DNA from: Bacillota bacterium | GTDB lineage: Bacteria; Bacillota; Clostridia; DSM-8532 | Reading direction: 5' to 3' | Length of the DNA: 64,000 bases | NCBI GenBank assembly: GCA_023459915.1 | Contig: JAEWSN010000170.1 | Coordinates: forward strand, 5,508-69,507 | Part shown: positions 17,460 to 26,431 of the stretch, in pieces | Layout: each line of letters begins with the position of its first letter | Numbering within the stretch: position 1 is the first letter of the stretch | Made by a program: the position numbers and the translations under genes | The notes under the pieces: model-generated | Database searches by the model: none | The model's input: only the letters and a program-made list of their open reading frames with translations | What the model was told of the DNA's origin: nothing

Positions 17460-19133
17460 ATGTCATCTTTCAACCTGCCCCACCCATGGCAAGGCACAAG
17501 TGCCGACCCGGCGGCCAGCTACTGGTCGCGCCCGTTGAACCTCACGGAAACCGTGCTGGCGGGATGTGTCGGCATGACGCTGGTGATGTTTGCCGCACAG
17601 GTGTTCTACGCGTCCTGGACGGCCATGCTGCTGTTCGCGCCGTTGGGGTTGCTGGCCATCCCCTGGTGGCGTCAAAAACGCGCGGACAAACGCCGGGAGC
17701 AATTCCTGATGCAATACCAGGACATGCTGTACTACCTGTCGTCCGCCATGTCCGCGGGCAAAACCACGGAATCCGCCTTTGCCGAAGTGTCCAGATATCT
17801 CATGGCGCAATACGGCGGCATGGAGACCGATCTGCTGCTGGAACTGAAGCGGCTTGCCGCCAAACTGGCCATGCGTGAGCCGGTGGAGCGCATTCTCGCG
17901 GACATGGCGGTGCGGACGGGGCTGGAGGATGTCAGGCAGCTGTCGGAGGTCATTGCCATTGGGCGGAGATCCGGCGGAAATCTTGTCGAAATTCTTCAGC
18001 AATCCATTCGGGTGTTGCGGGAAAAGATTGGCATCCGGCGCGAAATGGAAACGGCCTGGGCCTCCAAAAAGCTTGAGCAGCGCATTCTGTGCGTGTCGCC
18101 GGTGGCGCTGATCTTCATGCTCAGGAGCGGAACGGACAGCTTCATGGCCCCCATGTATGAAACCGCCGCCGGACGCCTCATCATGACCCTTGCGCTGCTG
18201 CTCATCGTTGCCGGGTACGCCATCGGCGCGCATATGATGCGGCAACCGGATGCCTGCCTGCGGCAACGGCCGGTGCCGGCTCCTTTGTCCGGGCCGACCG
18301 GGATCACGCCGCGGGAAGTGGGTCGGATGCCCGCCACAGACCCACGGACGGCAGCGGATGTCTCCGGGGTGCTGCGGCACCTGCTGCAATCTGCCGGTCA
18401 TCTGCTGGCCAACCTTCTGCCGGCGCGTGTTCGCGCCTTTGAGCGGCGGCGCCTGATGCCGCGGGTGCTGCTGTTGCGCGGTCCGGCGGACGCGGGTACG
18501 GATTTTGAGCGGCATCTCGCGGACAAATGCCTGCATGCCTGTCTTGGGATGGGGCTGGGCGCCCTGCTGTGTCTGCTTGGACAGGCGCCGGGCTATCTGC
18601 CGCTCGGTCTGCCGGCCGGCGGGGTGCTGCTCTGGTTCCTGTCCGACCGCCAGCTCGAAACGGCTTACAAACAGCGTTGCGAACAGCTGGTGCTGGAGTT
18701 TCCCGGATTTGTCTGCCGGGTGGCGCTGCTCACCGGCGCCGGGCTGCATGTCCGGCAGGCCTTGTGCCGCATCGTTGCCGGCGCTTCCATGGCCCATGCG
18801 GTGCTGAACCGGGAAGTCGCGTCGGTGCTCTCGGAAATTGAGGGTGGACTGCCGGAGGCCCAGGCATGGACCGAGCTGGCGGAACGCTGCCGCATACGCG
18901 AGATCGCCTCGCTGTGCGGGGTGTTCATGCAACATGCCCGGCTGGGGCATGCCGGCCTGGCCGCCGAGCTCCGACAGATGGCATCTGACAGCTGGGACAA
19001 CCGCAAACACGCGGCCCGGCGTCTGGGGGAGGAGGCGTCCTCGAAGCTGATGCTGCCGATGGCCATTCTGTTTGTGGCGGTTTTGATGGTCAGCGTCGCG
19101 CCGGCGTTCCTCTCCATGTCCATGGCATTCTGA
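17460..19133 (+). CDS. fused TadB-TadC platform protein (two T2SSF-like halves in one 557-aa polypeptide)
   Basis: The first half (LSSAMSAGKTTESAF...IAIGRRSGGNLVEIL...) and the second half (FVCRVALLTGAGLHVRQAL...RLGHAGLAAELRQMASD...) each resemble a T2SSF/TadB-C unit flanked by TM segments. GAAGGAGG RBS. Confidence 0.75.
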   Translation: MSSFNLPHPWQGTSADPAASYWSRPLNLTETVLAGCVGMTLVMFAAQVFYASWTAMLLFAPLGLLAIPWWRQKRADKRREQFLMQYQDMLYYLSSAMSAGKTTESAFAEVSRYLMAQYGGMETDLLLELKRLAAKLAMREPVERILADMAVRTGLEDVRQLSEVIAIGRRSGGNLVEILQQSIRVLREKIGIRREMETAWASKKLEQRILCVSPVALIFMLRSGTDSFMAPMYETAAGRLIMTLALLLIVAGYAIGAHMMRQPDACLRQRPVPAPLSGPTGITPREVGRMPATDPRTAADVSGVLRHLLQSAGHLLANLLPARVRAFERRRLMPRVLLLRGPADAGTDFERHLADKCLHACLGMGLGALLCLLGQAPGYLPLGLPAGGVLLWFLSDRQLETAYKQRCEQLVLEFPGFVCRVALLTGAGLHVRQALCRIVAGASMAHAVLNREVASVLSEIEGGLPEAQAWTELAERCRIREIASLCGVFMQHARLGHAGLAAELRQMASDSWDNRKHAARRLGEEASSKLMLPMAILFVAVLMVSVAPAFLSMSMAF

Positions 19134-19199
19134 CCGGATACGGGCATAATTGGTACCGGCCGCTGCATGTCGTGGCCGAAGCGAAGGGGGGAAGGGCAG

Positions 19200-19916
19200 A
19201 TGGACAAGCGCCAGCAGAGACGACGTGGGCAATGCGGCACCGCGGGCTCCGCAACCCTGGAGTATGCGCTGCTGATGCCCCTGATCCTTTTCATTGTGTT
19301 GATGGTGTGTCAGCTGCTGTTGCTGCTGCGCGACATGGCGGTGCTGGAAGCCGCGCTGTGGCGTTCCCTGAACATGGCCGCCGGCAGTTGGCATCGGATG
19401 TCGGCTTCATGCCCCGTTGTCACCGACACGCAGGCAGCGGCGACGACCAGCCCGCGTGACATGTATTGGGAGCTGAAAAGCGTGCTGGGCGCGGATCAAA
19501 CGAAGTGCGACATCCTTGAGGCCGCCACGCACCAGTGGCTGCGTGAAGAACTGGAAACTGGCGGTGGGCACAAGGGAACCGCCATCGAATGCCTTCGGGT
19601 GGATGAACTGGCGGTTCGCGTGGATACGGGGAGGGGACTGCCGTTCGGGGTGATGCACGCGGAGGCGGTTGTGCCGGTGGGTGGTTTTGTTGGCCGGTGG
19701 GCACGGCGACTGTCATCCGGGAAGGGACTGTCGGTGACTGTCGACGCGGAAGTGCTGTTCGCGCAACCCCACGCGTTTGCCCAGGACATGGACTGGGCAC
19801 TGCAACTGCTGGCGGATTCTCCGATGGGCAAGGCGGAGAGCCCCATGACTGAAAAGGGAAAAGACTTCATCGCCACCATTCACGGCGTGCTGTCGGGTTC
19901 AAAACAAGGAGGATGA
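19200..19916 (+). CDS. TadE-like pseudopilin (Flp-type leader G-SATLEY)
   Basis: MDKRQQRRRGQCGTAG/SATLEYALLMPLILFIVLMV has a basic leader, then Gly, Glu at +5 and a hydrophobic helix, as in TadE/Flp-family substrates of TadV. Confidence 0.6.
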   Translation: MDKRQQRRRGQCGTAGSATLEYALLMPLILFIVLMVCQLLLLLRDMAVLEAALWRSLNMAAGSWHRMSASCPVVTDTQAAATTSPRDMYWELKSVLGADQTKCDILEAATHQWLREELETGGGHKGTAIECLRVDELAVRVDTGRGLPFGVMHAEAVVPVGGFVGRWARRLSSGKGLSVTVDAEVLFAQPHAFAQDMDWALQLLADSPMGKAESPMTEKGKDFIATIHGVLSGSKQGG

Positions 19917-19917
19917 C

Positions 19918-22900
19918 ATGGTGAAACGCGGGTTGGAGCCAAGGCGAAAGGAGGCGGCGCATCGTGACGGCATGCGCCATGGGAGCGTCACCATCTTTCT
20001 GTGTGTGCTGCTCTCCATACTTGTGCCCTTGACGCTCATTCTCACGGATTTGGTGCGACTCCGCATCGCCCGGGTGAAGGTGGACAACGCGGTCCGTCTG
20101 GCCGCCGAATCCATTTTGGCGGATTATGAGCGGCCCTTGCGCGACCAATATGGTGTGCTTGGGGTTTCACCCCGGTCAGGATCGGTTGAGGAAGCGGCGC
20201 TGCTGTCCATGCTGCGCGACAATCTGGAGCCGGTTCCGCAAGACGGATACGCCGATCCGTTTGGCCTGCGCGTGCAATCCGGACAGGTGTCGATGGGTGG
20301 TCCCCTGAATGCCCCCGACGCGCTCGCCCCGCAGCTTGCGGAGTACATGCGGTATCGCGCGCCGGTCAGCCTGGCTGCAGGATGGCTGGAAAAGCTGCGC
20401 TCCCTGGCGGGCGCGTCGCGACAGGTGGCATGTGTTGAGGCTGAAATGGCACTGGAGCGCACGCGCGCGTTGGCAAGGGAGAACCTTGTGTACTTGTTTT
20501 TTCTCAAGGAAACGCGGTTGGATCGTTTTGGCCGTGACGCGGCAGGTGATTCATTGGCGGCTTCAACCGAATCCGTGATGAAAAACCAGACGGAACGGGT
20601 GGAACAGGGGGTTTCGGCATATCGGGAAAGTGCCGCGGCGCTGGCGGAGAACCTGCCCCGTTATCGGGCCAAGCAGCAGAGCCTGTCGCTGGCCGCAGCG
20701 TCCGTGTCACATGCGGAGGATGTGCTGTCCCAGGCCAATGCGGTGCTTGCCGAGGCGAAAAGCGCTTGGGAACTGGCCGGCAGCGCGGAGACATCGTCGG
20801 CGGGTTCGGATGGCGCCACCACACCGGCGGATTCAGAGGGATTTACATCTTCGGCGGACTCGGATGGCGCCACCACGTCGGCGGAATCGGATGGCGCCAC
20901 CACACCGGCGGAGTCGGCCGCGGAGGCGGCCGCGCATGCCAAATACCTGGCGGCCATGACGTCGGTTTCCATCGCGGAATCCGCGCTGGCAAGCGAAACG
21001 CGTGCCCATGGGCAGGAACAGGCCGCGTTCTCCGCCTGGTGTGAAACCCAGTGGCAGCCCGTCGCCAATACCGCCAGCCAGGCCCTGCGCCAAATCGGGG
21101 AAGGGTTGGCGGAGCTGCTGGCGGCACACCAGTCGCTGTCGGGCCATCTGTTCCGGCAGGGACTGTATCTTGAAAAAGCATGCTTTCTTGCAACCGGTCT
21201 GACTGGAACGCTGGCGGAGGTGGCAGCGCAGACCGCCGATGCGGCACTGCTTGCCGAAAGTGTTTCCGGGCAGCAGTCCGGCGGCGCGCTCTCGGCGAGT
21301 GCCAGCAAAAAGCCGTCATATCCTGACGAACAGGAGATGGATCGCGCGCGACAGTTTCTCGCAGGGTTCCGGGAGCGGGTGGCGGTGCTGGCACGTGCGT
21401 CGTCGGAGCGCGGGCAAGCGGTGGAGAACGCGCTTGTGTCCATGACACAGATGACAGGCGCGTTTGATGCAATGGCCCGGGACCCGGCAGGACCGGCACG
21501 GGTGCCCGAACTGCCGGAATCTGTTTGCCAGCCCGTCCTTCCCGGAACATCGCTTGGCGCATCCCCGGACCTGAAAGTGGATTTCAGTCAGGCATGGCTG
21601 GCCGAAACGGGACACAAGACCATTGACATGGGGCAGCCGCCATCCGAACAGGAGCGCGCGGCTTATTGGGACTGGTTTGCCGGATGGTCCGGCGAACCGG
21701 TGGATTCAGCGGATGGCGCGCCGGAAACACAGGATGCCAACCGGAAGGAATCGGCGAAAACCCTTCGGGCCATTCGGGAGGCGGCAGGCGTCACCTCGGA
21801 AGGGGTTCGAAAAGGGGAGGAAAACGCCGAGGGAGGTGTCATCCCTGAATCCATCCGGGATGCGCTGCCCAGTGCCATGCTGGCCCGGGCCATGTCCCGG
21901 ACGGACAACCATCCGCTGGCGCAGGCGCGCACGGGCAACCGGCAGCTGGATGAAACCCATGCCAACGATTTCACCCAGGCCATGGGCAGGATGGCGGGGC
22001 TCGCCGGCACCTTTGACCAGTTGCTTTCGCAATCATCGGACGCGCTGCTGCGGGTTTTGTGGGAGGATGCGTACATGCTGGCGGCATTCACCAATGCAAC
22101 CACCCCTGCCGGGGGGATTCCCGGAGACATCGCGTGGGGCCGCAAGCTGGACGGAAATGTCTTCAAAAAGGGAGAAGTGGAGTACATTCTGTTTGGGCAA
22201 ATGGAGGAAGGCAAGAATCTGCTGATCATGAAGGGGGCGCTGTTCGGGACGCGGCTGGCCCTGAACCTGCTGCACATTCACGCGTCCGCGGCAAAGCGCG
22301 CGGCCACGCTCTCCCTCGCGACAACCCTTGCCGGATGGACGGCGTTTGGCATTCCCGCTGTGCAGCACTTTCTGATGCTTGCCTGGGCCGCCGCGGAGTC
22401 CTGCACGGATGTGGATCGGCTCCTCAAGGGAATGCCGGTGCCCGTCATCAAGACAGACGCAAACTGGTTCCTTTCCGTTGGCAGTCTGCGTCAGGAGCTG
22501 GTTCAGAACCTGGTGCTCGACCCGTTGAAGGGCCGTGTGGCAGGCGCCGCCGGCGCGGCAATCGGCAAAGCCGATCAGGCGGTTCGCGAGACAGTGGGGG
22601 GATGGATTGACGCGGCTGTGGATGGCGCGTTCGCGCCATTGGAAATCGAATGCGCGGACTTTGGCTCGGCAATGGCCGATCAGCTTTCATCGGGCACTGC
22701 CGACCTGCCTGCCGCGGTTTCCGGCGCGGTGACGGCCTTTGTCGCGTCCCTGCCCCAATCGGATCCGCAAGCCATGCTGGATCAGGGATTCTCCCAGGCG
22801 CTGGCAGCGTTTGCCGATTCGTTGCGGACCGTGTCCGCCACGTATCTCCAGGAGGCGGGAGTGGCGAAGGTGGTGTCGTTGCGGGAACAAGTCAAGGTCT

Positions 22901-23334
22901 TCATGAAATCGCAGGTGTTTGCCTCCGCATGTTATGCCAATCTGGTGGAATACGCCAAAACGACGGCCATGGGGCTGACGAACCGGGTGTTCGAGGACGT
23001 GTCAAAAGAGGCGGACAAGCTGTTTGGCCCGGCTGTTTCAACAGAAGGCTTCCGGGCCGACATCACCGCGCGCATGGCGACGATGGATTATCAGGAATAT
23101 CTGGCGCTGTTCCTGTTGCTGGTGCCCCCGGAGACCAAGACGGCCAGGGCGGCGGATCTGATGCAGCTCAATCTGCAGCGCGCGCTGCAGGATGCGTCTT
23201 TCCGGATGGCGGATCACTGCACGCAGATCCGGGTGGAGGCGACCGTGGTGATGTCTTTCTGGTTTCTGCCCGATGATTTGGGCGGCACACAGCCGCTGAA
23301 CGTCATCCAGGCAGCCTGGGAAACGGGGTATTGA
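19918..23334 (+). CDS. 1138-aa protein with a TadG/TadE-like N-terminal anchor and otherwise unassigned
   Basis: AAGGAGGA RBS. The N-terminus RHGSVTIFLCVLLSILVPLTLILTDLVRLRIARVKVDNAVRLAAE resembles the Tad (TadE/G) N-terminal domain. The rest is Ala/Leu/Glu/Gln-rich with no motif I can place. The ORF sits tightly between neighbours (2-nt gaps). Confidence 0.6.
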   Translation: MVKRGLEPRRKEAAHRDGMRHGSVTIFLCVLLSILVPLTLILTDLVRLRIARVKVDNAVRLAAESILADYERPLRDQYGVLGVSPRSGSVEEAALLSMLRDNLEPVPQDGYADPFGLRVQSGQVSMGGPLNAPDALAPQLAEYMRYRAPVSLAAGWLEKLRSLAGASRQVACVEAEMALERTRALARENLVYLFFLKETRLDRFGRDAAGDSLAASTESVMKNQTERVEQGVSAYRESAAALAENLPRYRAKQQSLSLAAASVSHAEDVLSQANAVLAEAKSAWELAGSAETSSAGSDGATTPADSEGFTSSADSDGATTSAESDGATTPAESAAEAAAHAKYLAAMTSVSIAESALASETRAHGQEQAAFSAWCETQWQPVANTASQALRQIGEGLAELLAAHQSLSGHLFRQGLYLEKACFLATGLTGTLAEVAAQTADAALLAESVSGQQSGGALSASASKKPSYPDEQEMDRARQFLAGFRERVAVLARASSERGQAVENALVSMTQMTGAFDAMARDPAGPARVPELPESVCQPVLPGTSLGASPDLKVDFSQAWLAETGHKTIDMGQPPSEQERAAYWDWFAGWSGEPVDSADGAPETQDANRKESAKTLRAIREAAGVTSEGVRKGEENAEGGVIPESIRDALPSAMLARAMSRTDNHPLAQARTGNRQLDETHANDFTQAMGRMAGLAGTFDQLLSQSSDALLRVLWEDAYMLAAFTNATTPAGGIPGDIAWGRKLDGNVFKKGEVEYILFGQMEEGKNLLIMKGALFGTRLALNLLHIHASAAKRAATLSLATTLAGWTAFGIPAVQHFLMLAWAAAESCTDVDRLLKGMPVPVIKTDANWFLSVGSLRQELVQNLVLDPLKGRVAGAAGAAIGKADQAVRETVGGWIDAAVDGAFAPLEIECADFGSAMADQLSSGTADLPAAVSGAVTAFVASLPQSDPQAMLDQGFSQALAAFADSLRTVSATYLQEAGVAKVVSLREQVKVFMKSQVFASACYANLVEYAKTTAMGLTNRVFEDVSKEADKLFGPAVSTEGFRADITARMATMDYQEYLALFLLLVPPETKTARAADLMQLNLQRALQDASFRMADHCTQIRVEATVVMSFWFLPDDLGGTQPLNVIQAAWETGY
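20800..20934 (+). repeat. in-frame 27-nt x5 tandem repeat inside the 1138-aa gene
   Basis: The units encode AGSDGATTP / ADSEGFTSS / ADSDGATTS / AESDGATTP / AESAAEAAA. They are codon-aligned. Confidence 0.9.
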
Positions 23335-23335
23335 C

Positions 23336-24718
23336 ATGGGACACACATCGCCGGAGAGCCACCGTTTGGTGACGCGGACAGACAGGCGTTTCAGAGGATC
23401 CCACAGAGAGCCGCGTTGCAGGGAGTCGCGTTGCAGAGAGCCGCGTTTAGGTGGCTGGTACAAAGGACGCAGGACGGCAGGGCAGCTGACCATCGAAGCG
23501 GCGGTGACGCTGCCCGCCTTCCTATTTGCCCTGCTCGCCCTGGCCTCCCTGGTCAGCTATCCGATGACCTGTTTGCGGATTGAGCGGGCGATGACAGATG
23601 CGGCGCAGCTTGTCAGCTTGTCCGGACATGCGCTTGACATGACAGGATGCGGAGCCATGGGCACCGCATGGGAGAACGCCGCGCACGGGGGCACGGTCAT
23701 CGGGGAGCCGCAGCTCACGGAGGTGGAGACGCTTCTGGAACAACTGGGCATGACAACGGATCAGAACAATCCTGTGCAACAGTTGCTTGGGCTGGTTCGC
23801 CAATTCAGCCGATCCTTCGCTTCAGAAGCGGGAGAACTGGTTGTAGAAGCGGTGCAGGCAGGGGTTGCGCAGCTTGTCGGCGAACTGGTGACCTGGCGGG
23901 TGGGTGCGCTGGCAGACGGAACCCGTGATGGGTATCATGCGCGGGATCCTTGGGCGGCACTTGGGGTGGTGGGCGGTGCCGACGGCGTCGATTTCAGCCG
24001 GACCACCTTGCAGCTGTCGTCGGGAGATTTGATGGTTGTGGCACGGTACCGGCTCCGACCGGTCAGGGGCTTCGGGCTGTTGCCGGCCATCCCCTGCCAG
24101 AGCCGTGTCCGTGTCAGGATCTGGGGGGCAGGGATGGGCCCGGTGCTGCGCGAACCGTTGTTCTTCCCGACGGGCGACGCACAGGCGGCGCAGGCGGCAG
24201 AGAGCCTGTGGAACCATGGCAGTGGCGCGACTCCCGCTTGGAATCGCGGGTTGCTGATTGAGCAGCGGGAAATCGATAAAATCGCGCGGGGAACAAGGTT
24301 TGGGGGAGACTGGTTTGTCGGCTCGGACACCATGCAGGCGGGATACGACGCATTGTCGGGCTCCGTCAACTCAAACCAGGTGCAGGTTTGGCAGGTCATG
24401 AGCCTGAATCCGATGCTCCCTTCCTATGACGGCCAGCCATCCGAAATTCGGCGCGCTATCCGCAGGCAGCTCGCGGCCATGCCCCCGCGTGGCGGCTTGG
24501 TGTCACATCCGGGTGACGGCACCCAACGAACGGTGCTTGTCAGACGAATTGTGCTCGTGGTGCCACAGAACACGCCCGAAACGATGGACGCGTTGATCGC
24601 GGACATGGCGATGGGACTGGCGGCGGAAGGTGCCGTGATTGAATTGGTCAGAGGGTACGGAAATTATGGAGATGATGGGGTTCCTGCCAGGATTGACACC
24701 GGTGCCTCGGGTGGATGA
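23336..24718 (+). CDS. 460-aa TadE-like protein (leader ...TAG-QLTIEAAVTLPAFLFALLAL)
   Basis: G-x4-E motif followed by a hydrophobic helix after a basic N-terminal stretch that includes a 15-nt x3 repeat (REPRCRESRCREPR). The start lies 2 nt after the preceding stop. Confidence 0.55.
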   Translation: MGHTSPESHRLVTRTDRRFRGSHREPRCRESRCREPRLGGWYKGRRTAGQLTIEAAVTLPAFLFALLALASLVSYPMTCLRIERAMTDAAQLVSLSGHALDMTGCGAMGTAWENAAHGGTVIGEPQLTEVETLLEQLGMTTDQNNPVQQLLGLVRQFSRSFASEAGELVVEAVQAGVAQLVGELVTWRVGALADGTRDGYHARDPWAALGVVGGADGVDFSRTTLQLSSGDLMVVARYRLRPVRGFGLLPAIPCQSRVRVRIWGAGMGPVLREPLFFPTGDAQAAQAAESLWNHGSGATPAWNRGLLIEQREIDKIARGTRFGGDWFVGSDTMQAGYDALSGSVNSNQVQVWQVMSLNPMLPSYDGQPSEIRRAIRRQLAAMPPRGGLVSHPGDGTQRTVLVRRIVLVVPQNTPETMDALIADMAMGLAAEGAVIELVRGYGNYGDDGVPARIDTGASGG

Positions 24719-24745
24719 AAAATCAGGGAATGGACGGAGGGTTTG

Positions 24746-26365
24746 ATGATGTCGGAGCAACCGAATGTGATGACGGCGCTGGGGCTGGAGCGGCCTGTTT
24801 TTTCGCAAATGGCCGGACAAGCCGTTTTTCAGGTGGATGTGGCGCAAACGCAGGGCATCCTTTCCTACCAGTGGCACATGCTTCAGGAGAACAGGCCCGC
24901 GGGGCTGTTGCCGCTGTCTTGTTATGAAGAGGCCGGCCAGGTGCGACTGTGCTGGCGTGTCACAGCCCTCCAGCCGCTGGCGGTGATGTTCGCGGGCCGG
25001 AGCTGGTCGGTCGGGGAGGTGATTGGGCTGATTCGGCAGCTGTATCAAATCCTTGTGCAGATGGATGTGTTGCTGCTCGACGCGGAACGGCTGCTGCTCG
25101 ACAACCGCTACATTCTGGTGGATCCCGGGCGCATGGCGCTTCATCTGGCGTACTGCCCCCTGATGGAAGCCGTGGAAAACCCCGACGCAATCCGACAGCT
25201 GTTGTTGCGCTGGCTCACCGCCGATTGTCAGCTGAACGGAAATGACAGGATGGACAGATTGTCCGCGCTGCTCCTGATGCTGCGCGACCCTTCCTTTCAC
25301 TGGCGCCGGCTGTCGGAGTTGTTTGGTGGTATCGGGTCGGGGGATGGGGGCAATGCGTCCTGTGATTTGGCGGACACATACGATGTTGCGGGACTGCAGA
25401 CGATATCATCTGCCACACCACCGGCCTCCTCACAAACCGCATCAGACACAGGATCACATGCTGGAACCACTATCCGCAATGCCTATGGGGTCAACTCCGG
25501 GGACAAGACGCCGGGAAAGCCCATTGCTTCCTTTACCCGTAAGGGATCCCGCACGGAAGAGGGGGCGGAACCCGGATGGCGGCCTGATTTGTGGCGCATC
25601 ATTCCTGTGCAGCTGATACTGGTTGTCAGCGTGGTGGCAGTGTACTCCGGCGGTATCCTGACGGCATACGGGCCGGACGGTACCATGGCGCGCGCGGGCA
25701 TGGCGCTGCTTGCCGTGGCACTGGAGTTCTGGGCGTTTGCCACGGGGAAGCAGCGTCCCAAGCCTGCCCCTGTGGGTCCCGTTTCCGCGGCACCCCGCCC
25801 AAGCAATGGGCTTGCAGCCGCTCAGGCACCTCCCTGCGGAACCGGTGTGACCAGAGCGGCCGCAACGCCGTCATTTCCGTCCCATGAACCGGACAACACG
25901 GCATGGCACACGGAATTCCCGTCCCATGAACCGGACAACACGGCATGGCACACAGAATTCCCGTCGCGCGAACCGGATGTCATATCGCAGGCGGCTCCGA
26001 TAATATCGCAACAGGAAGCGTGGATGGAAGAAACCTGCCTGCTTGCCGGAAAAGCCGGTCCCTGTCTGCGGTATGAACCGCAAGACGCGCCGCCGCAATG
26101 CATCACGGTTTCAAAAACGCCTTTCCTGATTGGACGCATGCGCGATCAGGTGGATGGCTGGCTGGCGCATCCCACAGTGGGAAAGCTTCATGCGGAAATC
26201 CGGCTTGAGAAAGGGATGCACACCCTGGTGGACCTGAATTCCAGAAACGGCACCCGGGTCAACGGACGGCCACTCACGCCGTATGAACCCTGCGCGCTCC
26301 ACCCCAATGATCAGATTCTGATTTCGGGGGAAACACTGGTTTTTCTGGAACAGGCGCAATCATGA
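24746..26365 (+). CDS. membrane protein with a C-terminal FHA domain
   Basis: ATG at 24746 follows GGACGGAGGG. There are central TM segments (WRIIPVQLILVVSVVAVYSGGIL..., MALLAVALEFWAFA). The C-terminus FLIGRMRDQVDGWLAHPTVGKLHAEIRLEKGMHTLVDLNSRNGTRVNGRPL...ILISGETLVF is a canonical FHA signature. Confidence 0.8.
   Translation: MMSEQPNVMTALGLERPVFSQMAGQAVFQVDVAQTQGILSYQWHMLQENRPAGLLPLSCYEEAGQVRLCWRVTALQPLAVMFAGRSWSVGEVIGLIRQLYQILVQMDVLLLDAERLLLDNRYILVDPGRMALHLAYCPLMEAVENPDAIRQLLLRWLTADCQLNGNDRMDRLSALLLMLRDPSFHWRRLSELFGGIGSGDGGNASCDLADTYDVAGLQTISSATPPASSQTASDTGSHAGTTIRNAYGVNSGDKTPGKPIASFTRKGSRTEEGAEPGWRPDLWRIIPVQLILVVSVVAVYSGGILTAYGPDGTMARAGMALLAVALEFWAFATGKQRPKPAPVGPVSAAPRPSNGLAAAQAPPCGTGVTRAAATPSFPSHEPDNTAWHTEFPSHEPDNTAWHTEFPSREPDVISQAAPIISQQEAWMEETCLLAGKAGPCLRYEPQDAPPQCITVSKTPFLIGRMRDQVDGWLAHPTVGKLHAEIRLEKGMHTLVDLNSRNGTRVNGRPLTPYEPCALHPNDQILISGETLVFLEQAQS
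25874..25978 (+). repeat. in-frame 42-nt x2.5 tandem repeat in the FHA protein linker
   Basis: FPSHEPDNTAWHTE / FPSHEPDNTAWHTE / FPSREPD. The two full units differ at only 2 of 42 nt. Confidence 0.9.
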
Positions 26366-26431
26366 TATAATGAGCCATGGAAGCGTCGCCGGGCGGGGCT
26401 TCCCAATTGTGCACGGATGGAGGGCGTATCG

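Noticed and set aside
19134-19199. Hidden Flp-type pilin gene in the short gaps of the Tad-like operon (also 17448-17459, 24719-24745 and 26366-26431)
   Set aside because: The gaps are too short, and no small ORF with a G/xxxxEY leader and an RBS could be found. The absence of Flp is reported as part of the main finding.
17463-19394. 643-aa minus-strand ORF
   Set aside because: It is antisense to the TadB-TadC gene, Arg/Gln/His/Pro-rich, has no RBS and no recognisable motif. It is a GC-rich shadow ORF.
23399-23445. 15-nt x3 repeat (REPRCRESRCREPR) as evidence that the 23336 start codon is wrong
   Set aside because: There is no alternative in-frame ATG, GTG or TTG between 23336 and the G-QLTIE motif. 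The ATG sits 2 nt after the preceding stop, so I kept the long N-terminus.
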